A stretch of 64,000 nucleotides of DNA from Deltaproteobacteria bacterium (GTDB lineage: Bacteria > Desulfobacterota > Dissulfuribacteria > Dissulfuribacterales > JALVPX01), in NCBI GenBank assembly GCA_027023445.1, contig JALVVK010000001.1, forward strand, positions 10,964 to 74,963, in the 5' to 3' direction. Made by a program: the position numbers and the translations under genes. The notes beneath the pieces are model-generated. The model saw only the letters and a list, made by a program, of their open reading frames with translations, searched no databases and had not been told where the DNA came from. Of the stretch, positions 6,344-16,491 are shown in pieces. Numbering within the stretch: the stretch's first letter is position 1; every line of letters starts with the position of its first letter.

Positions 6344-6907
6344 TCAGGTGCGGCCGATGATATCGTTTCTGGTAAAAAGGGCGGAAAGGTCGTAGCCCGC
6401 CTGTTTTAACCTTTCCCTGCCGCCCTCTTCACGGTCCACCACCGTTAAAACCATGGCGACCCGGTAGCCCTCTTCCTCGGTCCGCTCAATGGCCTTTATA
6501 AGAGTGCCGGCCGTGGTGACCACGTCTTCCACAAGGGCCACCCTGCTACCCTGAGGAATATTGGATTTGCCTTCGATCCAGGAGCCCGTGCCGTGTCCCT
6601 TGGGTTCCTTTCTTATGATAAACGCGGGGATCGGCGCTCCTTCCAGGAAACTTACAACCGATACGGCAGTCACCAGGGGATCTGCGCCAAGGGTCATGCC
6701 CCCGACCCCGGCGATGTCCTTCCCTGCCCGCGCTATGCGTTCATGGAACAGCTTGCCGCACAGGTAGGCGCCCTCGGCGGAAAGGGTGGTCTGTTTGCAG
6801 TCTACATAGAAATCGCTTTTCTTGCCGGATGTCAGGGTAAAGGTGCCCTCCCTGTAGGAACGCTCGCGGATAAGGTCTCTCAGCCTGGCCCATTGAGCAT
6901 CTTTCAT
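6344..6907 (-). CDS. pyrE: orotate phosphoribosyltransferase
   Basis: 187 aa; PRPP-binding motif VALVEDVVTTAGT and type I PRTase architecture. Overlaps the purB stop. Confidence 0.85.
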   Translation of the reverse strand: MKDAQWARLRDLIRERSYREGTFTLTSGKKSDFYVDCKQTTLSAEGAYLCGKLFHERIARAGKDIAGVGGMTLGADPLVTAVSVVSFLEGAPIPAFIIRKEPKGHGTGSWIEGKSNIPQGSRVALVEDVVTTAGTLIKAIERTEEEGYRVAMVLTVVDREEGGRERLKQAGYDLSALFTRNDIIGRT

Positions 6908-8208
6908 GATTCACCCCGTTTAAAAACCCTTTTAAAAATCGTATCCACGTGTTTCAGGTGATAATTGATGTCGAATACCGCCTCGATTTCTTCCTTTGTC
7001 ATGTATTTCGCCAGGTCCTCATCTTCCAGGAGCCTTGACTTGAAATCACCCTTGCCTTCCCATACCTCCATTGCCCGGCGCTGGACAATACGGTAGGCGT
7101 CCTCCCTGCTCACTCCCTTCTGGGTCAGGATAAGCAGTACCTGCTGGGAGAAAATCAGCCCCTTGAGCAGATTCAGGTTCTTTTTCATCCTTTCAGGATA
7201 GACAAGCAGTTTCCCAAGAAGGCCGTTCAGCCTGGCAAGCATGAAATCCGCCGCGATAAAGGCATCCGGCGTGATGACCCTTTCCACAGAGGAATGGCTG
7301 ATGTCCCGTTCATGCCAGAGGGCAATGTTTTCCAGGGACGGGGTGGCATAGGACCGAACCAGGCGGGCAAGGCCGCAGAGGTTTTCAGACAGGATGGGAT
7401 TGCGCTTGTGGGGCATGGCGGAAGAGCCCTTCTGGCCGGGCCTGAAGTATTCCTCTGCCTCAAGGACCTCTGTGCGCTGGAGATGGCGGATTTCAGTCGC
7501 GATCTTTTCCACGGTGCCCGCAAGGATGGCAAGGGCGCAGAAGACCTCTGCGTAGCGGTCCCTCTGGATTACCTGGTTGGATGCGGGAGCGGGCTTCAGG
7601 CCGAGATGTTGGCAGACATACTCCTCCACCCTTGGGTCCACGTGGGCAAAGGTGCCCACGGCCCCTGATATCTTGCCGCAGGCTATGGTCTCCCTGGCGT
7701 TTTCAAGGCGCTTTTTGTGGCGGGCCATCTCGTCGTACCACAGGGCGAGCTTGATTCCGAAAGTAACGGGCTCGGCGTGGATGCCGTGCGATCTTCCCAC
7801 CATGACCGTGTTTTTGTGCTCATAAGCCCTGGTTTTAATGGTTTCCATAAGGGTCTCAACGTCCCCTATGATCATATCCATTGCCTTTTTCATCCTGGTG
7901 GCCATTGCCGTGTCAAGCATGTCGGAAGACGTGAGGCCCCAGTGCAGATAGCGGGAGGAAGCGCCGACATGTTCAGCAACATTTGTAAGAAAGGCAATGA
8001 CATCGTGCCTGGTCTTCTCTTCGATCTCGGCAACCCGTTCGGGCTCAAACGCGGCCTTTTCCTTTATCTCCCTTGCCGCCTCAGCGGGGATCACGCCAAG
8101 CTCAGCCCATGCCTGTGCCGCAAGGACCTCGACCTCCAGCCAGGATCTGTACTTGCTTTCTTCTGTCCATATGGATGCCATTTCAGGACGGCTGTACCGT
8201 TCGATCAT
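6904..8208 (-). CDS. purB: adenylosuccinate lyase
   Basis: 434 aa; MIERYSRPEM...WTEE N-terminus and the fumarate-lyase signature GSSAMPHKRNP. Confidence 0.9.
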   Translation of the reverse strand: MIERYSRPEMASIWTEESKYRSWLEVEVLAAQAWAELGVIPAEAAREIKEKAAFEPERVAEIEEKTRHDVIAFLTNVAEHVGASSRYLHWGLTSSDMLDTAMATRMKKAMDMIIGDVETLMETIKTRAYEHKNTVMVGRSHGIHAEPVTFGIKLALWYDEMARHKKRLENARETIACGKISGAVGTFAHVDPRVEEYVCQHLGLKPAPASNQVIQRDRYAEVFCALAILAGTVEKIATEIRHLQRTEVLEAEEYFRPGQKGSSAMPHKRNPILSENLCGLARLVRSYATPSLENIALWHERDISHSSVERVITPDAFIAADFMLARLNGLLGKLLVYPERMKKNLNLLKGLIFSQQVLLILTQKGVSREDAYRIVQRRAMEVWEGKGDFKSRLLEDEDLAKYMTKEEIEAVFDINYHLKHVDTIFKRVFKRGES

Positions 8209-8326
8209 GATATCAACTCCCTGTGAACATAAATATGATTAATGTTAAATGGTAAATTAAGGTAATAACATATTTCTAAAATAGGTCATAGGTCATGGCT
8301 CATGGGTTATGGGTCATGGTTGGCGG

Positions 8327-8447
8327 CAAAAACAGGAAAAATTTTGGACACGGATAAACACGGGCTTGCGCACACAGATAAAGAAAAGATCCGCGTGATC
8401 TGTGTTCATCTGTGTCCATCTGTGTTCCATCATCCCTTAATGCCCCA
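8327..8447 (-). repeat. REP-like hairpin repeat (family R1, copy 2)
   Basis: Same unit as 5409-5518, with an extra atctgtgttcc duplication. Its end overlaps the last codons of the DegT-family gene. Confidence 0.6.
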
Positions 8448-9576
8448 TGCCCTGCCTGAGCCCGGACTCCATGGCCCGGACGACTTTTGCCTGCTCAGAC
8501 TCGGTTATGAACGGGTGCATCGGAAGGGAAAGGACCTCCCGCGATGCCTGTTCCGCGACCGGCATGTCTCCCGGCCCGTAACCAAGGTACCCGAAAGCGG
8601 GCTGAAGGTGCAGGGGAACCGGGTAATGTATGGCATAGGGAATACCCTTCTCCTGCATGGACCGGATTACCGCATCCCTGGCTCCATTCCTGACGCGAAC
8701 TGTGTACTGCGCGTATACGTGCGTCCTGTCGTCCCGCACGACCGGGGGCACCACGCCGGGCAGTTTCTGCTCGATAAGCTGCCGGTATGTTTCCGCCGCT
8801 TTTTGCCTGGCCCTGATTTCGTCCGGGAAATGGGGAACCTTGGCAAGAAGAATGGCTGCCTGAAGGGCATCCAGCCTGGCATTAAGACCGATTTCCACGT
8901 GATCGTATCTTGCCCGTTCACCGTGAACCCTGAGGCACCTTATCCTTTTGGCCAGGGATTCATCATCAGTAAAGGCCATGCCCCCGTCGCCGTATGCCCC
9001 AAGGGGTTTGGCAGGGAAAAAGGATGTCACGCCTATCTCCGAAAGCGCGCAGGACATGCCGTTTTTGTAAGACGCGCCGAATGACTGGCAGGCGTCCTCC
9101 ACGACGAACAGGCCGTGTTCCCCGGCGATCCGGTTGATCTCGTCCATGTCAGCGCACTGGCCGTAAAGGCCCACGGGGATGATGCCCCTGAGCCTGGCGC
9201 CGGCCTTTTCCCTTTCGGCGATAACGGCCTTGAGCGCTTCCGTATCCATATTCATCGTGGCCTGGTCAATATCCACAAAAACCGGCCTGGCGCCAAGAAG
9301 GGCTATTGCCTCGGCTGTGGCTATAAAGGTGAACGGAGTGGTAAGGACCTCATCGCCCGGACCGACATCCAGGGCCATGAGCGAGAGGATCAGGGCATCC
9401 GTGCCGGAGCCAACCCCTATGGCGTATCTGGAACCGGTGAACTCCGCGAGCGCCTCCTCCAGCCGCTGGACAGGCTCTCCCAGCACAAACTGGCAGCTTT
9501 CAAGCACCTGTGCCACGGCCTGGTCTATTTCGGATTTGTACGCCTTATACTGTCTCTTAAGATCTATAAAATTCAT
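8437..9576 (-). CDS. DegT/DnrJ/EryC1/StrS-family PLP aminotransferase
   Basis: 379 aa; MNFIDLKRQY...FVLG..V..LE..LA...G....IGVGSGTDAL and a SFFPAKPLGAYGDGG block, typical of sugar aminotransferases. Confidence 0.85.
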   Translation of the reverse strand: MNFIDLKRQYKAYKSEIDQAVAQVLESCQFVLGEPVQRLEEALAEFTGSRYAIGVGSGTDALILSLMALDVGPGDEVLTTPFTFIATAEAIALLGARPVFVDIDQATMNMDTEALKAVIAEREKAGARLRGIIPVGLYGQCADMDEINRIAGEHGLFVVEDACQSFGASYKNGMSCALSEIGVTSFFPAKPLGAYGDGGMAFTDDESLAKRIRCLRVHGERARYDHVEIGLNARLDALQAAILLAKVPHFPDEIRARQKAAETYRQLIEQKLPGVVPPVVRDDRTHVYAQYTVRVRNGARDAVIRSMQEKGIPYAIHYPVPLHLQPAFGYLGYGPGDMPVAEQASREVLSLPMHPFITESEQAKVVRAMESGLRQGMGH

Positions 9577-10739
9577 TATATATTTCCTGAAGTTCTGTCT
9601 TTCAGCGACTTGATCGCACGGCCCATGATATCGACCGCGGCAAGGATATACTCCCTGGTGGTGTGCCTGCCAAGTGAAAAACGTATGGTGCCTATGGCAA
9701 TCTCTCTTTCGACCCCCATGGCGGAGAGCACGTGCGAAACCGACACCGACCTGTCATGGCAGGCAGCCCCTGTGGATGCCAGAACGCCCTTCGCCTCCTC
9801 CAGAATCGCGTTGCCTTCAAACCCGGGGAAGCTGACGTAAAGGGTGTTTGGAAGGGTGCGCGCCGGATCTCCGTGGCGATGAATCGGTGCATCAAGGGAT
9901 GAGAGCCCCTGGAAGAGCAGCTCTCGCAGATCCTCCTGCCTGGCAGCCTCCTCTTCCAGGTCCTCTGCCGCCATGCTGCATGCCTCTCCAAGTCCTGCCG
10001 CAAGCGGGACCGGTTCGGTACCGGGGCGTCTGCCGTATTCCTGGCCCGCGCCGAAAAGTATCTGGCCGAATGGCGCGCCCTTCCTCACATACAGGGCGCC
10101 TATCCCTTTCGGGGCATAGAGCTTGTGGCCCGCGATGCTGAGATAGTCCACGTCCAGATCCTTGACGTCCACAGGGATCTTTCCCACTGCCTGGGCGGCA
10201 TCGGCATGAACCGGCAGCCCCTTTTCATGGGCCATCCGGCATATTTTTCTCAGGGGTTGAATGGCCCCTGTTTCATTGTTGGCAAGCATCACGGAAACAA
10301 GGCGGGTGCCCGGGGTCAAGGCCCTTTGAAGGGCGTCAAGATCCACTGTGCCGTCTGGCTTCACCCTTATGAAATCAACATCCCATCCATGTTCCAGGAG
10401 ATGCAGGCAGGGATTCATCAGGGAAGGATGCTCTATCCTGGTTGTAACGATTCGTCCGGGGCCCGGATGCTCATTCCGCGCAAGGCCGAGCACAACCGTA
10501 TTGTTGGATTCAGTCCCACCGCTTGTGAAAACAATTTCCTCCGGCTGACAGTTTATAAGGCCTGCCACCTGCTCCCTTGCTCTCTCCAGCAGCGCCTTTG
10601 CCCTGCGCCCCAGGACATGCCCGCTGCTCGGGTTGCCCCAGCACTCCGCCAGGGCGTATTCAACCCTTTGAACCACCCGCGGCGCCACGGGGGTGGTGGC
10701 ATTGTAGTCAAGGTAAATGATGTCCGGATCAGTTTCCAT
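9576..10739 (-). CDS. cysteine desulfurase (NifS/IscS family, class V aminotransferase)
   Basis: 387 aa; IYLDYNATTP, SIAGHKLYAPKGIGALY (PLP lysine) and STGAACH (active-site Cys) motifs. Confidence 0.85.
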   Translation of the reverse strand: METDPDIIYLDYNATTPVAPRVVQRVEYALAECWGNPSSGHVLGRRAKALLERAREQVAGLINCQPEEIVFTSGGTESNNTVVLGLARNEHPGPGRIVTTRIEHPSLMNPCLHLLEHGWDVDFIRVKPDGTVDLDALQRALTPGTRLVSVMLANNETGAIQPLRKICRMAHEKGLPVHADAAQAVGKIPVDVKDLDVDYLSIAGHKLYAPKGIGALYVRKGAPFGQILFGAGQEYGRRPGTEPVPLAAGLGEACSMAAEDLEEEAARQEDLRELLFQGLSSLDAPIHRHGDPARTLPNTLYVSFPGFEGNAILEEAKGVLASTGAACHDRSVSVSHVLSAMGVEREIAIGTIRFSLGRHTTREYILAAVDIMGRAIKSLKDRTSGNI

Positions 10740-11194
10740 GCCTTATATATACCGTGCACAATTCCCATTCTGATTAAGAATCCCGTGAAAGGCCGTTTTG
10801 CATCGGACCTAAGCTGAACAAGGATTCTTTTCCAACCGTACAACTTAACAGGCTATACCCTAAAAAGCCATAGCCCACGCCCAACCTGTTTAACCTGATA
10901 GCCTTTTACGGCGCATGGTACAAGGTTCACGGTACAAGGAATGGCAGCGCTGCCTGCCTCCTATATGGAAAAGTTGGCTCAAGGCTCAAAGTCGGAAGCT
11001 CAAAGGAGACAGGTCATAGCTCTTATTACTCTGCGGTCTCTGCGTCTCGAGCGAAGCGGGCGTGAGAAAAAAGTCTGCTTTCAGCCCTGAGCTTTCAGCT
11101 AACTTTCATGCTCACGGGCGCAAGGCATCACTTTGCATGAAAGTTGAAACATTGAATCCAGGGTCTGAGACCATGTGCGGATGTCTTCCCGAAA

Positions 11195-11312
11195 GGAGCT
11201 CGCAGGTTTGCTGAATCTGCTGCGTTGTCGCGTAGTTGAACTAACAAGTACGTGTGTGCCCTCTGCCTTGCATCTCAGGCAAACTTGCGAGCTGCATAAT
11301 CCGGCTTTATGG
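11195..11312 (+). repeat. ~120-nt structured dispersed repeat (family R4, copy 1)
   Basis: About 80 percent identical to 34678-34795. The ends are complementary (agctcgcaggtttgc ... gcaaacttgcgagct), and it terminates in the gcataatccgg unit found at many intergenic sites. Confidence 0.6.
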
Positions 11313-11464
11313 GAAATGGCCAGAAGATCCGAACTGATACTCAGTAGGTATAGTTGCACGAGGCCCGGAGAAGTCCGTTAGAGATATATCTATCTGCCGG
11401 GTTAAACGGTTTAATCTTGTTAGAGACTAAATTTTAAGGTAAAAAACTCAAGGGGTATAAGAGC

Positions 11465-12235
11465 ATGATTTCATCAAGATATTTGCCCGCCCTTTTTATC
11501 GCAGGCCTGTTGTTGACCCAGCTTCTTGGCGGGTGCGCGTCTGCGCCACGGTCTGTTCCGCCGTATACCGGAACCATGTACGGGAGCAGGGTTCCTGCCA
11601 CCCAGAGGCCGTACCGCGTGGGCCGTACCTGTTATTATCCTCTTCCGTCCGCCCAGGGTTTTGTGCAGGTAGGTTACGCGTCATGGTACGGAAAAAAATT
11701 TCATGGCAGGTATACTGCCAATGGCGAACGCTATAACATGTACGAGTTTACAGCCGCCCACAGGACCCTTCCAATGAACACCCGCGTTCTGGTTCAGAAC
11801 CTCCGTAATGGAAAATCCGTGGTTGTTCGTATTAACGACAGGGGACCGTTTGTAAAAAATAGAATCATAGATCTCAGTTACGCTGCGGCCAGGAGAATAG
11901 GGCTCGTTGGGCCGGGCACCGCGAAGGTGCGGGTGGTGGCGCTCGCGGAAGGGCGCTACTCTGGTGGTAAGATCTGCTACAAAAAACACCCGAACCTCAA
12001 GAAGGGCAGGTTTTATTTGCAGGTGGGAGCCTTTGAGAACCGGAGTAACGCCTACCGCCTCCGGGACAGGCTGGCAAGGATCTATCCGGACGTGAGGGTG
12101 TTCGTATGCACCCTCAGAAACAGGGTTTTTTACCGGGTCCAGCTATACGCCTCGGATGACTATGACCGGGCAAGGGACATTGAGGCCAGGATGGAAAGGC
12201 GTGGTTTCAAGGAGGCCTTCCTGGTGGCCAGGTAA
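11465..12235 (+). CDS. rlpA: septal ring lytic transglycosylase RlpA-family lipoprotein with a SPOR domain
   Basis: Lipobox LLGGC. DPBB domain: ASWYGKKFHGRYTANGERYNMYEFTAAHRTLPMNTRVLVQNLRNGKSVVVRINDRGPF. C-terminal SPOR-like segment: FYLQVGAFENRSNA...YRVQL. Confidence 0.85.
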   Translation: MISSRYLPALFIAGLLLTQLLGGCASAPRSVPPYTGTMYGSRVPATQRPYRVGRTCYYPLPSAQGFVQVGYASWYGKKFHGRYTANGERYNMYEFTAAHRTLPMNTRVLVQNLRNGKSVVVRINDRGPFVKNRIIDLSYAAARRIGLVGPGTAKVRVVALAEGRYSGGKICYKKHPNLKKGRFYLQVGAFENRSNAYRLRDRLARIYPDVRVFVCTLRNRVFYRVQLYASDDYDRARDIEARMERRGFKEAFLVAR

Positions 12236-12440
12236 CGTCTTGCTGGTTTAGAGGCATAAACCCGGATTATGCAGCTCGCAAGTCTGCCGATGAAGTGCAT
12301 AATCCGTGATAAAAGTTGCCTTTCATGCCTAATGTCTTTTACAAAACAGGTATTATGGTATTATCTCAGGTTATGCACTTCAAATGCCTGAGAAAAGGAC
12401 AGGGGCAATCATCTGTTCCTGAAGCCGGGTTAAGCAGCCT

Positions 12441-12884
12441 TTGCGCGCAGGAGTTTTCATGGACAGAAAAATCAGGAAATCCAACAAAGGTTTCACCTTA
12501 ATAGAACTTTTAATAGTTGTAATCATAATCGGCCTCCTGGCATCCCTGGTGGCCCCGAAATTTTTCAGCAAACTGGGGGCCAGCAGGCAGAAGGTCGCCA
12601 AGGCCCAGATCGAAAATTTGGCGTCTGCCCTGGACGAATTCCGTCTGGACAACGGCAGGTATCCATCCACTGCGGAAGGGCTCGAGGCGCTCAGGGAAAA
12701 GCCCCCAGGCCTTAAGACCTGGGCGGGGCCTTATCTCCCAAAGGACATCCCAAAGGATCCATGGGGCCATGATTACGTATATAAATGCCCTGGCGAACAC
12801 GGGGACTTTGACCTGCTGAGTTATGGCCGGGACGGAGAACCCGGCGGTGAAGGCGAAGACGCGGACATCGTAAGCTGGAAATGA
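12441..12884 (+). CDS. gspG: type II secretion major pseudopilin GspG
   Basis: 147 aa; prepilin leader/methylation motif KGFTLIELLIVV, plus the GspG core AKAQIENLASALDEFRLDNGRYPS..GL.AL and DPWGHDYVY. Confidence 0.85.
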   Translation: MRAGVFMDRKIRKSNKGFTLIELLIVVIIIGLLASLVAPKFFSKLGASRQKVAKAQIENLASALDEFRLDNGRYPSTAEGLEALREKPPGLKTWAGPYLPKDIPKDPWGHDYVYKCPGEHGDFDLLSYGRDGEPGGEGEDADIVSWK

Positions 12885-14395
12885 ACATGAATGCTATTCC
12901 CTCCACGGAGTTTCCTGACAAGCCACCCCTGGTAGACGGCCTTTCCCCGCAGGTCATGCGCCAGTGGAAGGTTGCTCCCATATCCATGGATGAGTCCGGG
13001 ATCCGGGTGGCCATGGCAAATCCACGGGATCTTTATCTGAGGGAGTTGCTGGAATCCGTCTACCAGAAACCGGTGGAGGCACTGGCTGCAAGCGAGGAAG
13101 ACATACTTGCGGCCATATACAGGTGGTATGAGGCCGATGTGGACCTGGAAGGAGAGGACGGGGATGCCGCCAGCCAGGCGGAGGATGAACTCTGGGAAGA
13201 TCCGGAACAGTTGAGGGATCTGGCCTCTGAGGCCCCTGTGATACGCCTGGTGAATCACTTTATCTCCCAGGCGCTTGAGGTAAAGGCGTCGGACATTCAC
13301 TTTGAACCCTTCAAGGACCACCTGAAGGTAAGATACCGCATAGACGGTGTGCTTCACGACATTGAAAGCGTTTCCAGAAAACTCCAGCCTGCCATCACCT
13401 CAAGGCTGAAGCTCATGGCAAAAATGAACATAGCGGAGATGCGCCTTCCACAGGACGGCAGGATCAAGGTCCGTGACGGAAGGAGGGAGATCGATATCCG
13501 CGTGTCATCCCTTCCCACGCTGTTTGGCGAAAGCATAGTCCTGAGACTGCTCAACCGGGATGAGGTAAGGCTGGACCTGGCCTACCTGGGGATGCCGCCG
13601 GATATGCTGGATACCTTTGGCCGGCTTATCCAGAGGCCATATGGGCTGGTACTGGTCACCGGTCCCACGGGAAGCGGCAAGACCACCACCCTGTACGCGG
13701 TGATGAACCGCATAAACGCCCCTGACAAGAAGATCGTCACGGTGGAAGATCCCGTGGAATATCAACTGGACGGCATCAACCAGATCCAGGTCAAGCCAAA
13801 GATAGGGCTGACCTTTGCCTCGGCTCTCAGGACCATTCTCCGCCAGGATCCGGATGTGGTGCTGGTAGGAGAGATCAGGGACGCGGAGACCGCGGAAATC
13901 GCCGTTCAGTCCGCCCTTACAGGCCACCTTGTATTCTCCACCCTGCACACCAACGACGCGGCCAGTGCCATAATCAGGCTTCAGGAGATGGGAGTGGAAT
14001 CCTACCTGCTTTCATCCTCGCTCCTGGGCGTACTGGCACAGAGGCTTGTCAGGCGCATCTGCCATGAGTGCAAAACCGAGTACGAGATGTCGCCTGAACT
14101 TCTTCAGCAGGCGGTTCAGGCCCTTGGTCTTGAAGGGAAACAGGTGCCCGCCAGGGTATGGAGGGGAAAGGGCTGTTCTCATTGCGCGAATACCGGTTAT
14201 TCCGGAAGAACCGGGATTTTTGAGCTTCTGGAGGTGGATGACCGGGTCAGGAGGCGGATACTCCAGGGCGTGGACAGCGAGGGCATTTCCAGGGCCGCCC
14301 GTGCGGCGGGCATGCGCATGCTGCGCCAGGACGGGTTGAAAAAGGTCCTTGAGGGCCTGACCACACCGGAAGAGGTCATGAGGGTCACCAACTGA
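12881..14395 (+). CDS. gspE: type II secretion ATPase GspE
   Basis: 504 aa; Walker A GPTGSGKTT, Asp box, Walker B VVLVGEIRD, His box, and a tetra-Cys CHEC...CSHC motif. Confidence 0.9.
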   Translation: MNMNAIPSTEFPDKPPLVDGLSPQVMRQWKVAPISMDESGIRVAMANPRDLYLRELLESVYQKPVEALAASEEDILAAIYRWYEADVDLEGEDGDAASQAEDELWEDPEQLRDLASEAPVIRLVNHFISQALEVKASDIHFEPFKDHLKVRYRIDGVLHDIESVSRKLQPAITSRLKLMAKMNIAEMRLPQDGRIKVRDGRREIDIRVSSLPTLFGESIVLRLLNRDEVRLDLAYLGMPPDMLDTFGRLIQRPYGLVLVTGPTGSGKTTTLYAVMNRINAPDKKIVTVEDPVEYQLDGINQIQVKPKIGLTFASALRTILRQDPDVVLVGEIRDAETAEIAVQSALTGHLVFSTLHTNDAASAIIRLQEMGVESYLLSSSLLGVLAQRLVRRICHECKTEYEMSPELLQQAVQALGLEGKQVPARVWRGKGCSHCANTGYSGRTGIFELLEVDDRVRRRILQGVDSEGISRAARAAGMRMLRQDGLKKVLEGLTTPEEVMRVTN

Positions 14396-14418
14396 GAGGC
14401 AGGGTATCAGGACAAAGT

Positions 14419-15621
14419 ATGCCGACCTACACCTATCAGGCGCTGGATGCCAGGGGAAAAAGGGTACAGGGCACAGAGGACGCCCGGGACGAAGCCAGTC
14501 TTGTTGACAAGCTCACTGCCAAGGGGTTTCAGCCGGTTGACATAAGGCGGACCAGGGCCTTCAGTTCTCTGTGGAAGCCTACCAGAAAACTGGGCCATGA
14601 TGACCTGCTTTACCTTACCAGTGAACTGGCAGACCTTCTTGAGGCAGGGGTCCCGCTGGAGAGGTCTCTTGCCATAGTCGCCGAGGCATCCGGCATCGAT
14701 CTGGTCCGTTCCGTGCTTCTGGACGTGCGCAGGAAGATACAGTCCGGCCAGGGGCTTTCCGACGCCCTGGCCGCTTATCCTGAGTCCTTTTCCCGGCTCT
14801 ACGTGAACATGGTCAGGGTGGGTGAGCTTGGAGGGGTCCTGCCTGAAGTGCTGCATCGCCTTGGCGGTTTTCTTGAAAGATCCAGGGAAATCAGAAAATT
14901 TATCCTTACCTCATCCATTTATCCCTCAATCCTGGCAGCGGTAGGCATACTGTCCGTGTTTATCCTGGTAACCTTTGTGGTGCCCAAGTTCGGCCAGATA
15001 TTTGAGGATCTCAATCAACCCATGCCTGTAATGACCAGGATAATCGTTCAGGTAAGCATGTTTCTTCATGACTGGTGGCTGGTCATGACCCTTGGGATAA
15101 TTGGGCTTTCGGCGGCCGCATGGTTCTATCTCAGGACCCCTGGGGGAAGGGCCTGGCGGGATGAAGCCGTTCTTAATATCCCCTGGGCCGGGCCGATGGT
15201 CAAAAGAATCGAAATCGGCAGGTTTTCCAGGACTCTCAGCACGCTCCTGGAAAGCGGCGTGCCCATCCTGAAGGGTATATCCCTTTCCAAGGAGGTTGTT
15301 TCCAACGGCGTTATAAGGCGGGCGATAGATGATCTATATGTGGGTGTGAGGCAGGGCAAGGGGATGAGCCAGCTCATAAAAACAATGCCTGTCTTCCCTC
15401 CTCTCATGGTTCATCTCGTGGCGATAGGGGAGGAAACGGGCGCCCTTGGTCCAATGCTGTTGAAGGTGGCAGACGAGATGGAGGACAAGGTGCGCAGTGA
15501 CACCAGGCTGTATCTCTCCCTTGTGGAGCCTGTAACCATTGTAATCATGGGCATACTGATTGGCGGGATAATCCTGTCCATGCTCCTTGCCATTTTTGGG
15601 ATAAACGATATCTCTTTTTAG
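14419..15621 (+). CDS. gspF: type II secretion inner-membrane platform protein GspF
   Basis: 400 aa; two T2SSF repeats (LADLLEAGVPLERSL / LSTLLESGVPILKGI) and three TM segments. Confidence 0.9.
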   Translation: MPTYTYQALDARGKRVQGTEDARDEASLVDKLTAKGFQPVDIRRTRAFSSLWKPTRKLGHDDLLYLTSELADLLEAGVPLERSLAIVAEASGIDLVRSVLLDVRRKIQSGQGLSDALAAYPESFSRLYVNMVRVGELGGVLPEVLHRLGGFLERSREIRKFILTSSIYPSILAAVGILSVFILVTFVVPKFGQIFEDLNQPMPVMTRIIVQVSMFLHDWWLVMTLGIIGLSAAAWFYLRTPGGRAWRDEAVLNIPWAGPMVKRIEIGRFSRTLSTLLESGVPILKGISLSKEVVSNGVIRRAIDDLYVGVRQGKGMSQLIKTMPVFPPLMVHLVAIGEETGALGPMLLKVADEMEDKVRSDTRLYLSLVEPVTIVIMGILIGGIILSMLLAIFGINDISF

Positions 15622-15629
15622 GATCAGGG

Positions 15630-16085
15630 GTGAAGGTCAAAAAAAACAGCAGTTCCGGTTTTACCCTTATTGAACTCCTGGTGGTGCTTGTTCTCCTGGG
15701 GCTCCTCAGTTCCCTGGTCTTCCTGAGTGTGACCGGCGGGATCCTGGGCTCAGAAGAGAAACGGTTTTGCCAGGACTTCCGGTACACCCTTCTGCGTGCC
15801 AGGGCGGCCAGCCTTCTAAGGGGCGAGGCCGTGACCTTTCAGATCAACAGGGGAAAGAGGGCCTATTCCATGGACGGCAGGAAGTGGCTCGAGATACCGG
15901 AGACAGTACAGGTGGAAGGTAATGAGATCACTGAAATGGGCAACGGCCTGTTTGGAATCACCTTTTATCCGGATGGCAGCTCAAGTGGCGCCAGGCTGGA
16001 TCTCAGGTGGTCAGACGGGAATGTGGACAGAATTTTTGTGGGCAGGCTGTTTGGCCAGGTGAAAATGATCCATGCGGCGTCCTGA
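15630..16085 (+). CDS. gspH: minor pseudopilin, GspH-like
   Basis: 151 aa; N-terminal SGFTLIELLVVLV prepilin motif. The assignment relies on position after gspF. Confidence 0.6.
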   Translation: MKVKKNSSSGFTLIELLVVLVLLGLLSSLVFLSVTGGILGSEEKRFCQDFRYTLLRARAASLLRGEAVTFQINRGKRAYSMDGRKWLEIPETVQVEGNEITEMGNGLFGITFYPDGSSSGARLDLRWSDGNVDRIFVGRLFGQVKMIHAAS

Positions 16086-16491
16086 GACCATATTGGGAGA
16101 AAGGGGCTTTACCCTGCTTGAGGTCCTGGTGGCCACGGCAATCATCGGCATTTCCATGGGGGTGCTGATGTCCGGCCTGGCACAGAGTCACAGGCAGGCC
16201 TACAGGGGAAAATTGGCCATGGAAGCTGCCTCAGTCGCGCAGGATCTCCTCCGGCGCTTCCAGGAAAAGGGTTTCCCGGACGCGGCGGATGCCCCGGTGG
16301 AAGGCCGGGAGGGATGGCATTACCAGACAAAAGTACAGGACCTCACCATAAAAGTCAGGACCGGCGGCATGGAGCAGAAGGAACTGGATGTGTCTGATCT
16401 CAGGGAATTCACGCTTACCATACATCCGCCCGAAAATGCCGCGCCTTTTATCCTGACCATGTGGATCAGGCCCTCGGAGGTGCTTCAGTGA
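16072..16491 (+). CDS. gspI: minor pseudopilin, GspI-like
   Basis: 139 aa; RGFTLLEVLVATAI prepilin motif; the assignment also uses size and position. Confidence 0.6.
   Translation: MRRPETILGERGFTLLEVLVATAIIGISMGVLMSGLAQSHRQAYRGKLAMEAASVAQDLLRRFQEKGFPDAADAPVEGREGWHYQTKVQDLTIKVRTGGMEQKELDVSDLREFTLTIHPPENAAPFILTMWIRPSEVLQ

Noticed and set aside
12236-12440. Possible sigma54 promoter upstream of gspG (ttaagcagcctttgcgcg).
   Set aside because: It lacks the invariant GG of the -24 element, and the region is largely composed of the dispersed CCGGATTATGC repeat units.
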